A model generated the notes under the pieces. The model searched no databases. It was not told the origin of the DNA and saw only the letters and a program-made list of their open reading frames with translations. 64,000 nt of DNA from Squalus acanthias (lineage: Eukaryota). Below, one piece after another: positions 47,501-62,500 of the stretch. Position 1 is the stretch's first letter. Each line of letters opens with the position of its first letter. The DNA is taken from NCBI GenBank assembly GCA_030390025.1, contig JASTWF010000035.1:4154001-4218000 (forward strand). Reading direction: 5' to 3'. The translations under genes and the position numbers were made by a program.

Positions 47501-50500
47501 TGTTTACACAGAATCTCCCGCTCTGTTTACACAGAATCTCCCGCTCTGTTTACACAGAATCTCCCGCTCTGTTTACACAGAATCTCCCGCTCTGTTTACA
47601 CAGAATCTCCCGCTCTGTTTACACAGAATCTCCCGCTCTGTTTACACAGAATCTCCCGCTCTGTTTACACAGAATCTCCCGCTCTGTTTACACAGAATCT
47701 CCCGCTCTGTTTACACAGAATCTCCCGCTCTGTTTACACAGAATCTCCCGCTCTGTTTACACAGAATCTCCCGCCCTGTTTACACAGAATCTCCCGCTCT
47801 GTTTACACAGAATCTCCCGCTCTGTTTACACAGAATCTCCCGCTCTGTTTACACAGAATCTCCCGCTCTGTTTACACAGAATCTCCCGCTCTGTTTACAC
47901 AGAATCTCCCGCTCTGTTTACACAGAATCTCCCGCTCTGTTTACACAGAATCTCCCGCTCTGTTTACACAGAATCTCCCGCTCTGTTTCCACAGAATCTC
48001 CCGCTCTGTTTACACAGAATCTCCCGCTCTGTTTACACAGAATCTCCCGCTCTGTTTACACAGAATCTCCCGCCCTGTTTACACAGAATCTCCCGCTCTG
48101 TTTACACAGAATCTCCCGCTCTGTTTACACAGAATCTCCCGCTCTGTTTACACAGAATCTCCCGCTCTGTTTACACAGAATCTCCCGCTCTGTTTACACA
48201 GAATCTCCCGCTCTGTTTACACAGAATCTCCCGCTCTGTTTACACAGAATCTCCCGCTCTGTTTACACAGAATCTCCCGCTCTGTTTACACAGAATCTCC
48301 CGCTCTGTTTACACAGAATCTCCCGCTCTGTTTACACAGAATCTCCCGCTCTGTTTACACAGAATCTCCCGCTCTGTTTACACAGAATCTCCCGCTCTGT
48401 TTACACAGAATCTCCCGCTCTGTTTACACAGAATCTCCCGCTCTGTTTACACAGAATCTCCCGCTCTGTTTACACAGAATCTCCCGCTCTGTTTACACAG
48501 AATCTCCCGCTCTGTTTACACAGAATCTCCCGCTCTGTTTACACAGAATCTCCCGCTCTGTTTACACAGAATCTCCCGCTCTGTTTACACAGAATCTCCC
48601 GCTCTGTTTACACAGAATCTCCCGCTCTGTTTACACAGAATCTCCCGCTCTGTTTACACAGAATCTCCCGCTCTGTTTACACAGAATCTCCCGCTCTGTT
48701 TACACAGAATCTCCCGCTCTGTTTACACAGAATCTCCCGCTCTGTTTACTCACAGAATCTCCCGCTCTGTTTACACAGAATCTCCCGCTCTGTTTACACA
48801 GAATCTCCCGCTCTGTTTACACAGAATCTCCCGCTCTGTTTACACAGAATCTCCCGCTCTGTTTACACAGAATCTCCCGCTCTGTTTACACAGAATCTCC
48901 CGCTCTGTTTACACAGAATCTCCCGCTCTGTTTACACAGAATCTCCCGCTCTGTTTACACAGAATCTCCCGCTCTGTTTACACAGAATCTCCCGCTCTGT
49001 TTACACAGAATCTCCCGCTCTGTTTACACAGAATCTCCCGCTCTGTTTACACAGAATCTCCCGCTCTGTTTACACAGAATCTCCCGCTCTGTTTACACAG
49101 AATCTCCCGCTCTGTTTACACAGAATCTCCCGCTCTGTTTACACAGAATCTCCCGCTCTGTTTACACAGAATCTCCCGCTCTGTTTACTCACAGAATCTC
49201 CCGCTCTGTTTACACAGAATCTCCCGCTCTGTTTACACAGAATCTCCCGCTCTGTTTACACAGAATCTCCCGCTCTGTTTACACAGAATCTCCCGCTCTG
49301 TTTACACAGAATCTCCCGCTCTGTTTACACAGAATCTCCCGCTCTGTTTACACAGAATCTCCCGCTCTGTTTACACAGAATCTCCCGCTCTGTTTACACA
49401 GAATCTCCCGCTCTGTTTACACAGAATCTCCCGCTCTGTTTACACAGAATCTCCCGCTCTGTTTACACAGAATCTCCCGCTCTGTTTACACAGAATCTCC
49501 CGCTCTGTTTACACAGAATCTCCCGCTCTGTTTACACAGAATCTCCCGCTCTGTTTACACAGAATCTCCCGCTCTGTTTACCACAGAATCTCCCGCTCTG
49601 TTTACACAGAATCTCCCGCTCTGTTTACACAGAATCTCCCGCTCTGTTTACACAGAATCTCCCGCTCTGTTTACACAGAATCTCCCGCTCTGTTTACACA
49701 GAATCTCCCGCTCTGTTTACCACAGAATCTCCCGCTCTGTTTACACAGAATCTCCCGCTCTGTTTACACAGAATCTCCCGCTCTGTTTACACAGAATCTC
49801 CCGCTCTGTTTACACAGAATCTCCCGCTCTGTTTACACAGAATCTCCCGCTCTGTTTACACAGAATCTCCCGCTCTGTTTACACAGAATCTCCCGCTCTG
49901 TTTACACAGAATCTCCCGCTCTGTTTACACAGAATCTCCCGCTCTGTTTACACAGAATCTCCCGCTCTGTTTACACAGAATCTCCCGCTCTGTTTACACA
50001 GAATCTCCCGCTCTGTTTACACAGAATCTCCCGCTCTGTTTACACAGAATCTCCCGCTCTGTTTACCACAGAATCTCCCGCTCTGTTTACACAGAATCTC
50101 CCGCTCTGTTTACACAGAATCTCCCGCTCTGTTTACACAGAATCTCCCGCTCTGTTTACACAGAATCTCCCGCTCTGTTTACACAGAATCTCCCGCTCTG
50201 TTTACACAGAATCTCCCGCTCTGTTTACACAGAATCTCCCGCTCTGTTTACACAGAATCTCCCGCTCTGTTTACACAGAATCTCCCGCTCTGTTTACACA
50301 GAATCTCCCGCTCTGTTTACACAGAATCTCCCGCTCTGTTTACACAGAATCTCCCGCTCTGTTTACACAGAATCTCCCGCTCTGTTTACACAGAATCTCC
50401 CGCTCTGTTTACACAGAATCTCCCGCTCTGTTTACACAGAATCTCCCGCTCTGTTTACACAGAATCTCCCGCTCTGTTTACACAGAATCTCCCGCTCTGT

Positions 50501-53500
50501 TTACACAGAATCTCCCGCTCTGTTTACACAGAATCTCCCGCTCTGTTTACACAGAATCTCCCGCTCTGTTTACACAGAATCTCCCGCTCTGTTTACTCAC
50601 AGAATCTCCCGCTCTGTTTACACAGAATCTCCCGCTCTGTTTACACAGAATCTCCCGCTCTGTTTACACAGAATCTCCCGCTCTGTTTACACAGAATCTC
50701 CCGCTCTGTTTACACAGAATCTCCCGCTCTGTTTACACAGAATCTCCCGCTCTGTTTACACAGAATCTCCCGCTCTGTTTACACAGAATCTCCCGCTCTG
50801 TTTACACAGAATCTCCCGCTCTGTTTACACAGAATCTCCCGCTCTGTTTACACAGAATCTCCCGCTCTGTTTACACAGAATCTCCCGCTCTGTTTACACA
50901 GAATCTCCCGCTCTGTTTACACAGAATCTCCCGCTCTGTTTACACAGAATCTCCCGCTCTGTTTACACAGAATCTCCCGCTCTGTTTACACAGAATCTCC
51001 CGCTCTGTTTACACAGAATCTCCCGCTCTGTTTACACAGAATCTCCCGCTCTGTTTACACAGAATCTCCCGCTCTGTTTACACAGAATCTCCCGCTCTGT
51101 TTACACAGAATCTCCCGCTCTGTTTACACAGAATCTCCCGCTCTGTTTACACAGAATCTCCCGCTCTGTTTACTCACAGAATCTCCCGCTCTGTTTACAC
51201 AGAATCTCCCGCTCTGTTTACACAGAATCTCCCGCTCTGTTTACTCACAGAATCTCCCGCTCTGTTTACACAGAATCTCCCGCTCTGTTTACTCACAGAA
51301 TCTCCCGCTCTGTTTACACAGAATCTCCCGCTCTGTTTACACAGAATCTCCCGCTCTGTTTACACAGAATCTCCCGCTCTGTTTACACAGAATCTCCCGC
51401 TCTGTTTACACAGAATCTCCCGCTCTGTTTACACAGAATCTCCCGCTCTGTTTACACAGAATCTCCCGCTCTGTTTACACAGAATCTCCCGCTCTGTTTA
51501 CACAGAATCTCCCGCTCTGTTTACACAGAATCTCCCGCTCTGTTTACACAGAATCTCCCGCTCTGTTTACACAGAATCTCCCGCTCTGTTTACACAGAAT
51601 CTCCCGCTCTGTTTACACAGAATCTCCCGCTCTGTTTACACAGAATCTCCCGCTCTGTTTACACAGAATCTCCCGCCCTGTTTACACAGAATCTCCCGCT
51701 CTGTTTACACAGAATCTCCCGCTCTGTTTACACAGAATCTCCCGCTCTGTTTACACAGAATCTCCCGCTCTGTTTACACAGAATCTCCCGCTCTGTTTAC
51801 ACAGAATCTCCCGCTCTGTTTACACAGAATCTCCCGCTCTGTTTACACAGAATCTCCCGCTCTGTTTACACAGAATCTCCCGCTCTGTTTACACAGAATC
51901 TCCCGCTCTGTTTACACAGAATCTCCCGCTCTGTTTACACAGAATCTCCCGCTCTGTTTACACAGAATCTCCCGCTCTGTTTACACAGAATCTCCCGCTC
52001 TGTTTACACAGAATCTCCCGCTCTGTTTACACAGAATCTCCCGCTCTGTTTACACAGAATCTCCCGCTCTGTTTACACAGAATCTCCCGCTCTGTTTACA
52101 CAGAATCTCCCGCTCTGTTTACACAGAATCTCCCGCTCTGTTTACACAGAATCTCCCGCTCTGTTTACACAGAATCTCCCGCTCTGTTTACCACAGAATC
52201 TCCCGCTCTGTTTACACAGAATCTCCCGCTCTGTTTACACAGAATCTCCCGCTCTGTTTACACAGAATCTCCCGCTCTGTTTACACAGAATCTCCCGCTC
52301 TGTTTACACAGAATCTCCCGCTCTGTTTACACAGAATCTCCCGCTCTGTTTACACAGAATCTCCCGCTCTGTTTACACAGAATCTCCCGCTCTGTTTACA
52401 CAGAATCTCCCGCTCTGTTTACCACAGAATCTCCCGCTCTGTTTACACAGAATCTCCCGCTCTGTTTACACAGAATCTCCCGCTCTGTTTACACAGAATC
52501 TCCCGCTCTGTTTACACAGAATCTCCCGCTCTGTTTACACAGAATCTCCCGCTCTGTTTACACAGAATCTCCCGCTCTGTTTACACAGAATCTCCCGCTC
52601 TGTTTACTCACAGAATCTCCCGCTCTGTTTACACAGAATCTCCCGCTCTGTTTACACAGAATCTCCCGCTCTGTTTACACAGAATCTCCCGCTCTGTTTA
52701 CACAGAATCTCCCGCTCTGTTTACACAGAATCTCCCGCTCTGTTTACACAGAATCTCCCGCTCTGTTTACACAGAATCTCCCGCTCTGTTTACACAGAAT
52801 CTCCCGCTCTGTTTACACAGAATCTCCCGCTCTGTTTACACAGAATCTCCCGCTCTGTTTACACAGAATCTCCCGCTCTGTTTACACAGAATCTCCCGCT
52901 CTGTTTACACAGAATCTCCCGCTCTGTTTACACAGAATCTCCCGCTCTGTTTACACAGAATCTCCCGCTCTGTTTACACAGAATCTCCCGCTCTGTTTAC
53001 ACAGAATCTCCCGCTCTGTTTACACAGAATCTCCCGCTCTGTTTACACAGAATCTCCCGCTCTGTTTACACAGAATCTCCCGCTCTGTTTACACAGAATC
53101 TCCCGCTCTGTTTACACAGAATCTCCCGCTCTGTTTACACAGAATCTCCCGCTCTGTTTACACAGAATCTCCCGCTCTGTTTACACAGAATCTCCCGCTC
53201 TGTTTACACAGAATCTCCCGCTCTGTTTACACAGAATCTCCCGCTCTGTTTACACAGAATCTCCCGCTCTGTTTACACAGAATCTCCCGCTCTGTTTACA
53301 CAGAATCTCCCGCTCTGTTTACACAGAATCTCCCGCTCTGTTTACACAGAATCTCCCGCTCTGTTTACACAGAATCTCCCGCTCTGTTTACACAGAATCT
53401 CCCGCTCTGTTTACACAGAATCTCCCGCTCTGTTTACACAGAATCTCCCGCTCTGTTTACACAGAATCTCCCGCCCTGTTTACACAGAATCTCCCGCTCT

Positions 53501-56500
53501 GTTTACTCACAGAATCTCCCGCTCTGTTTACACAGAATCTCCCGCTCTGTTTACACAGAATCTCCCGCTCTGTTTACACAGAATCTCCCGCTCTGTTTAC
53601 ACAGAATCTCCCGCTCTGTTTACACAGAATCTCCCGCTCTGTTTACACAGAATCTCCCGCTCTGTTTACACAGAATCTCCCGCTCTGTTTACACAGAATC
53701 TCCCGCTCTGTTTACACAGAATCTCCCGCTCTGTTTACACAGAATCTCCCGCTCTGTTTACACAGAATCTCCCGCTCTGTTTACACAGAATCTCCCGCTC
53801 TGTTTACACAGAATCTCCCGCTCTGTTTACACAGAATCTCCCGCTCTGTTTACACAGAATCTCCCGCTCTGTTTACACAGAATCTCCCGCTCTGTTTACA
53901 CAGAATCTCCCGCTCTGTTTACACAGAATCTCCCGCTCTGTTTACACAGAATCTCCCGCTCTGTTTACACAGAATCTCCCGCTCTGTTTACACAGAATCT
54001 CCCGCTCTGTTTACACAGAATCTCCCGCTCTGTTTACACAGAATCTCCCGCTCTGTTTACACAGAATCTCCCGCTCTGTTTACACAGAATCTCCCGCTCT
54101 GTTTACACAGAATCTCCCGCTCTGTTTACACAGAATCTCCCGCTCTGTTTACACAGAATCTCCCGCTCTGTTTACACAGAATCTCCCGCTCTGTTTACAC
54201 AGAATCTCCCGCTCTGTTTACACAGAATCTCCCGCTCTGTTTACACAGAATCTCCCGCTCTGTTTACACAGAATCTCCCGCTCTGTTTACTCACAGAATC
54301 TCCCGCTCTGTTTACACAGAATCTCCCGCTCTGTTTACACAGAATCTCCCGCTCTGTTTACACAGAATCTCCCGCTCTGTTTACACAGAATCTCCCGCCC
54401 TGTTTACACAGAATCTCCCGCTCTGTTTACACAGAATCTCCCGCTCTGTTTACACAGAATCTCCCGCTCTGTTTACACAGAATCTCCCGCTCTGTTTACA
54501 CAGAATCTCCCGCTCTGTTTACACAGAATCTCCCGCTCTGTTTACACAGAATCTCCCGCTCTGTTTACACAGAATCTCCCGCTCTGTTTACACAGAATCT
54601 CCCGCTCTGTTTACACAGAATCTCCCGCTCTGTTTACACAGAATCTCCCGCTCTGTTTACACAGAATCTCCCGCTCTGTTTACTCACAGAATCTCCCGCT
54701 CTGTTTACACAGAATCTCCCGCTCTGTTTACACAGAATCTCCCGCTCTGTTTACACAGAATCTCCCGCTCTGTTTACACAGAATCTCCCGCTCTGTTTAC
54801 ACAGAATCTCCCGCTCTGTTTACACAGAATCTCCCGCTCTGTTTACACAGAATCTCCCGCTCTGTTTACACAGAATCTCCCGCTCTGTTTACACAGAATC
54901 TCCCGCTCTGTTTACACAGAATCTCCCGCTCTGTTTACACAGAATCTCCCGCTCTGTTTACACAGAATCTCCCGCTCTGTTTACACAGAATCTCCCGCTC
55001 TGTTTACACAGAATCTCCCGCTCTGTTTACACAGAATCTCCCGCTCTGTTTACACAGAATCTCCCGCTCTGTTTACACAGAATCTCCCGCTCTGTTTACA
55101 CAGAATCTCCCGCTCTGTTTACACAGAATCTCCCGCTCTGTTTACACAGAATCTCCCGCTCTGTTTACTCACAGAATCTCCCGCTCTGTTTACACAGAAT
55201 CTCCCGCTCTGTTTACACAGAATCTCCCGCTCTGTTTACTCACAGAATCTCCCGCTCTGTTTACACAGAATCTCCCGCTCTGTTTACACAGAATCTCCCG
55301 CTCTGTTTACACAGAATCTCCCGCTCTGTTTACACAGAATCTCCCGCTCTGTTTACACAGAATCTCCCGCTCTGTTTACACAGAATCTCCCGCTCTGTTT
55401 ACACAGAATCTCCCGCTCTGTTTACACAGAATCTCCCGCTCTGTTTACACAGAATCTCCCGCTCTGTTTACACAGAATCTCCCGCTCTGTTTACACAGAA
55501 TCTCCCGCTCTGTTTACACAGAATCTCCCGCTCTGTTTACACAGAATCTCCCGCTCTGTTTACACAGAATCTCCCGCCCTGTTTACACAGAATCTCCCGC
55601 TCTGTTTACACAGAATCTCCCGCTCTGTTTACACAGAATCTCCCGCTCTGTTTACACAGAATCTCCCGCCCTGTTTACACAGAATCTCCCGCTCTGTTTA
55701 CTCACAGAATCTCCCGCTCTGTTTACACAGAATCTCCCGCCCTGTTTACACAGAATCTCCCGCCCTGTTTACTCACAGAATCTCCCGCTCTGTTTACACA
55801 GAATCTCCCGCTCTGTTTACACAGAATCTCCCGCCCTGTTTACACAGAATCTCCCGCTCTGTTTACACAGAATCTCCCGCCCTGTTTACACAGAATCTCC
55901 CGCCCTGTTTACTCACAGAATCTCCCGCTCTGTTTACACAGAATCTCCCGCCCTGTTTACACAGAATCTCCCGCCCTGTTTACACAGAATCTCCCGCCCT
56001 GTTTACACAGAATCTCCCGCTCTGTTTACCACAGAATCTCCGCTCTGTTTACCACAGAATCTCCCGCCCTGTTTACACAGAATCTCCCGCTCTGTTTACT
56101 CAGAATCTCCCGCCCTGTTTACACAGAATCTCCCGCTCTGTTTACACAGAATCTCCCGCTCTGTTTACACAGAATCTCCCGCTCTGTTTACACAGAATCT
56201 CCCGCTCTGTTTACACAGAATCTCCCGCTCTGTTTACACAGAATCTCCCGCCCTGTTTACACAGAATCTCCCGCTCTGTTTACACAGAATCTCCCGCTCT
56301 GTTTACACAGAATCTCCCGCTCTGTTTACACAGAATCTCCCGCTCTGTTTACACAGAATCTCCCGCTCTGTTTACACAGAATCTCCCGCTCTGTTTACAC
56401 AGAATCTCCCGCTCTGTTTACACAGAATCTCCCGCTCTGTTTACACAGAATCTCCCGCTCTGTTTACACAGAATCTCCCGCTCTGTTTACACAGAATCTC

Positions 56501-59500
56501 CCGCTCTGTTTACACAGAATCTCCCGCTCTGTTTACACAGAATCTCCCGCTCTGTTTACACAGAATCTCCCGCTCTGTTTACACAGAATCTCCCGCTCTG
56601 TTTACACAGAATCTCCCGCTCTGTTTACTCACAGAATCTCCCGCTCTGTTTACACAGAATCTCCCGCTCTGTTTACTCACAGAATCTCCCGCTCTGTTTA
56701 CACAGAATCTCCCGCTCTGTTTACACAGAATCTCCCGCTCTGTTTACACAGAATCTCCCGCCCTGTTTACACAGAATCTCCCGCTCTGTTTACACAGAAT
56801 CTCCCGCTCTGTTTACACAGAATCTCCCGCTCTGTTTACTCACAGAATCTCCCGCTCTGTTTACACAGAATCTCCCGCTCTGTTTACACAGAATCTCCCG
56901 CTCTGTTTACACAGAATCTCCCGCTCTGTTTACACAGAATCTCCCGCTCTGTTTACACAGAATCTCCCGCTCTGTTTACACAGAATCTCCCGCTCTGTTT
57001 ACACAGAATCTCCCGCTCTGTTTACACAGAATCTCCCGCTCTGTTTACACAGAATCTCCCGCTCTGTTTACACAGAATCTCCCGCTCTGTTTACACAGAA
57101 TCTCCCGCTCTGTTTACACAGAATCTCCCGCTCTGTTTACTCACAGAATCTCCCGCTCTGTTTACACAGAATCTCCCGCTCTGTTTACACAGAATCTCCC
57201 GCTCTGTTTACACAGAATCTCCCGCTCTGTTTACACAGAATCTCCCGCTCTGTTTACACAGAATCTCCCGCTCTGTTTACACAGAATCTCCCGCTCTGTT
57301 TACACAGAATCTCCCGCTCTGTTTACACAGAATCTCCCGCTCTGTTTACCACAGAATCTCCCGCTCTGTTTACACAGAATCTCCCGCTCTGTTTACACAG
57401 AATCTCCCGCTCTGTTTACACAGAATCTCCCGCTCTGTTTACACAGAATCTCCCGCTCTGTTTACACAGAATCTCCCGCCCTGTTTACACAGAATCTCCC
57501 GCTCTGTTTACACAGAATCTCCCGCTCTGTTTACACAGAATCTCCCGCTCTGTTTACACAGAATCTCCCGCTCTGTTTACACAGAATCTCCCGCTCTGTT
57601 TACACAGAATCTCCCGCCCTGTTTACACAGAATCTCCCGCTCTGTTTACACAGAATCTCCCGCTCTGTTTACACAGAATCTCCCGCTCTGTTTACACAGA
57701 ATCTCCCGCTCTGTTTACACAGAATCTCCCGCTCTGTTTACACAGAATCTCCCGCTCTGTTTACACAGAATCTCCCGCTCTGTTTACACAGAATCTCCCG
57801 CTCTGTTTACACAGAATCTCCCGCTCTGTTTACACAGAATCTCCCGCTCTGTTTACACAGAATCTCCCGCTCTGTTTACACAGAATCTCCCGCTCTGTTT
57901 ACACAGAATCTCCCGCTCTGTTTACACAGAATCTCCCGCTCTGTTTACACAGAATCTCCCGCCCTGTTTACTCACAGAATCTCCCGCTCTGTTTACACAG
58001 AATCTCCCGCTCTGTTTACACAGAATCTCCCGCTCTGTTTACACAGAATCTCCCGCTCTGTTTACACAGAATCTCCCGCTCTGTTTACTCAGAATCTCCC
58101 GCTCTGTTTACACAGAATCTCCCGCTCTGTTTACACAGAATCTCCCGCTCTGTTTACTCACAGAATCTCCCGCTCTGTTTACACAGAATCTCCCGCTCTG
58201 TTTACACAGAATCTCCCGCTCTGTTTACACAGAATCTCCCGCTCTGTTTACACAGAATCTCCCGCTCTGTTTACACAGAATCTCCCGCTCTGTTTACACA
58301 GAATCTCCCGCTCTGTTTACACAGAATCTCCCGCTCTGTTTACACAGAATCTCCCGCTCTGTTTACACAGAATCTCCCGCTCTGTTTACACAGAATCTCC
58401 CGCTCTGTTTACACAGAATCTCCCGCTCTGTTTACACAGAATCTCCCGCTCTGTTTACACAGAATCTCCCGCTCTGTTTACACAGAATCTCCCGCTCTGT
58501 TTACACAGAATCTCCCGCTCTGTTTACACAGAATCTCCCGCTCTGTTTACACAGAATCTCCCGCTCTGTTTACACAGAATCTCCCGCTCTGTTTACACAG
58601 AATCTCCCGCTCTGTTTACACAGAATCTCCCGCCTGTTTACACAGAATCTCCCGCTCTGTTTACACAGAATCTCCCGCTCTGTTTACACAGAATCTCCCG
58701 CCCTGTTTACACAGAATCTCCCGCTCTGTTTACACAGAATCTCCCGCTCTGTTTACACAGAATCTCCCGCTCTGTTTACACAGAATCTCCCGCCCTGTTT
58801 ACACAGAATCTCCCGCTCTGTTTACACAGAATCTCCCGCTCTGTTTACACAGAATCTCCCGCTCTGTTTACTCAGAAATCTCCCGCTCTGTTTACACAGA
58901 ATCTCCCGCTCTGTTTACACAGAATCTCCCGCTCTGTTTACTCAGAATCTCCCGCTCTGTTTACACAGAATCTCCCGCTCTGTTTACACAGAATCTCCCG
59001 CTCTGTTTACACAGAATCTCCCGCTCTGTTTACACAGAATCTCCCGCTCTGTTTACACAGAATCTCCCGCTCTGTTTACACAGAATCTCCCGCTCTGTTT
59101 ACACAGAATCTCCCGCTCTGTTTACACAGAATCTCCCGCTCTGTTTACTCACAGAATCTCCCGCTCTGTTTACACAGAATCTCCCGCTCTGTTTACTCAC
59201 AGAATCTCCCGCTCTGTTTACACAGAATCTCCCGCTCTGTTTACACAGAATCTCCCGCTCTGTTTACACAGAATCTCCCGCTCTGTTTACACAGAATCTC
59301 CCGCCTGTTTACACAGAATCTCCCGCTCTGTTTACACAGAATCTCCCGCTCTGTTTACACAGAATCTCCCGCCCTGTTTACACAGAATCTCCCGCTCTGT
59401 TTACTCACAGAATCTCCCGCTCTGTTTACACAGAATCTCCCGCTCTGTTTACACAGAATCTCCCGCTCTGTTTACACAGAATCTCCCGCTCTGTTTACAC

Positions 59501-62500
59501 AGAATCTCCCGCTCTGTTTACACAGAATCTCCCGCTCTGTTTACACAGAATCTCCCGCTCTGTTTACACAGAATCTCCCGCTCTGTTTACTCTCAGAATC
59601 TCCCGCTCTGTTTACACAGAATCTCCCGCTCTGTTTACACAGAATCTCCCGCTCTGTTTACACAGAATCTCCCGCTCTGTTTACACAGAATCTCCCGCTC
59701 TGTTTACACAGAATCTCCCGCTCTGTTTACACAGAATCTCCCGCTCTGTTTACACAGAATCTCCCGCTCTGTTTACACAGAATCTCCCGCTCTGTTTACA
59801 CAGAATCTCCCGCTCTGTTTACACAGAATCTCCCGCTCTGTTTACACAGAATCTCCCGCTCTGTTTACACAGAATCTCCCGCTCTGTTTACACAGAATCT
59901 CCCGCTCTGTTTACACAGAATCTCCCGCTCTGTTTACACAGAATCTCCCGCTCTGTTTACTCACAGAATCTCCCGCCCTGTTTACACAGAATCTCCCGCT
60001 CTGTTTACACAGAATCTCCCGCTCTGTTTACACAGAATCTCCCGCTCTGTTTACACAGAATCTCCCGCTCTGTTTACACAGAATCTCCCGCTCTGTTTAC
60101 ACAGAATCTCCCGCTCTGTTTACTCACAGAATCTCCCGCTCTGTTTACACAGAATCTCCCGCTCTGTTTACACAGAATCTCCCGCTCTGTTTACACAGAA
60201 TCTCCCGCTCTGTTTACACAGAATCTCCCGCTCTGTTTACACAGAATCTCCCGCTCTGTTTACTCACAGAATCTCCCGCTCTGTTTACACAGAATCTCCC
60301 GCTCTGTTTACTCACAGAATCTCCCGCTCTGTTTACACAGAATCTCCCGCTCTGTTTACTCACAGAATCTCCCGCTCTGTTTACACAGAATCTCCCGCTC
60401 TGTTTACACAGAATCTCCCGCTCTGTTTACACAGAATCTCCCGCTCTGTTTACACAGAATCTCCCGCTCTGTTTACACAGAATCTCCCGCTCTGTTTACA
60501 CAGAATCTCCCGCTCTGTTTACACAGAATCTCCCGCTCTGTTTACACAGAATCTCCCGCTCTGTTTACACAGAATCTCCCGCTCTGTTTACACAGAATCT
60601 CCCGCTCTGTTTACACAGAATCTCCCGCTCTGTTTACACAGAATCTCCCGCTCTGTTTACACAGAATCTCCCGCTCTGTTTACACAGAATCTCCCGCTCT
60701 GTTTACTCACAGAATCTCCCGCTCTGTTTACACAGAATCTCCCGCTCTGTTTACACAGAATCTCCCGCTCTGTTTACACAGAATCTCCCGCTCTGTTTAC
60801 ACAGAATCTCCCGCTCTGTTTACACAGAATCTCCCGCTCTGTTTACACAGAATCTCCCGCCCTGTTTACACAGAATCTCCCGCTCTGTTTACACAGAATC
60901 TCCCGCTCTGTTTACACAGAATCTCCCGCTCTGTTTACACAGAATCTCCCGCTCTGTTTACACAGAATCTCCAGCTCTGTTTACACAGAATCTCCCGCTC
61001 TGTTTACTCACAGAATCTCCCGCTCTGTTTACACAGAATCTCCCGCTCTGTTTACTCACAGAATCTCCCGCTCTGTTTACACAGAATCTCCCGCTCTGTT
61101 TACACAGAATCTCCCGCCCTGTTTACACAGAATCTCCCGCTCTGTTTACACAGAATCTCCCGCTCTGTTTACACAGAATCTCCCGCTCTGTTTACACAGA
61201 ATCTCCCGCTCTGTTTACACAGAATCTCCCGCTCTGTTTACACAGAATCTCCCGCTCTGTTTACACAGAATCTCCCGCTCTGTTTACACAGAATCTCCCG
61301 CTCTGTTTACACAGAATCTCCCGCTCTGTTTACACAGAATCTCCCGCTCTGTTTACACAGAATCTCCCGCTCTGTTTACACAGAATCTCCCGCTCTGTTT
61401 ACACAGAATCTCCCGCTCTGTTTACACAGAATCTCCCGCTCTGTTTACACAGAATCTCCCGCTCTGTTTACACAGAATCTCCCGCTCTGTTTACACAGAA
61501 TCTCCCGCTCTGTTTACACAGAATCTCCCGCTCTGTTTACACAGAATCTCCCGCTCTGTTTACACAGAATCTCCCGCTCTGTTTACACAGAATCTCCCGC
61601 TCTGTTTACACAGAATCTCCGCTCTGTTTACACAGAATCTCCCGCTCTGTTTACTCACAGAATCTCCCGCTCTGTTTACACAGAATCTCCCGCTCTGTTT
61701 ACACAGAATCTCCCGCTCTGTTTACTCACAGAATCTCCCGCTCTGTTTACACAGAATCTCCCGCTCTGTTTACACAGAATCTCCCGCTCTGTTTACTCAC
61801 AGAATCTCCCGCTCTGTTTACACAGAATCTCCCGCTCTGTTTACACAGAATCTCCCGCTCTGTTTACACAGAATCTCCCGCTCTGTTTACTCACAGAATC
61901 TCCCGCTCTGTTTACACAGAATCTCCCGCTCTGTTTACTCTCAGAATCTCCCGCTCTGTTTACACAGAATCTCCCGCTCTGTTTACACAGAATCTCCCGC
62001 TCTGTTTACACAGAATCTCCCGCTCTGTTTACACAGAATCTCCCGCTCTGTTTACACAGAATCTCCCGCTCTGTTTACACAGAATCTCCCGCTCTGTTTA
62101 CACAGAATCTCCCGCTCTGTTTACACAGAATCTCCCGCTCTGTTTACACAGAATCTCCCGCTCTGTTTACACAGAATCTCCCGCTCTGTTTACACAGAAT
62201 CTCCCGCTCTGTTTACACAGAATCTCCCGCTCTGTTTACACAGAATCTCCCGCTCTGTTTACACAGAATCTCCCGCTCTGTTTACTCACAGAATCTCCCG
62301 CTCTGTTTACACAGAATCTCCCGCTCTGTTTACACAGAATCTCCCGCTCTGTTTACACAGAATCTCCCGCTCTGTTTACACAGAATCTCCCGCTCTGTTT
62401 ACACAGAATCTCCCGCTCTGTTTACACAGAATCTCCCGCCTCTGTTTACACAGAATCTCCCGCTCTGTTTACACAGAATCTCCCGCTCTGTTTACACAGA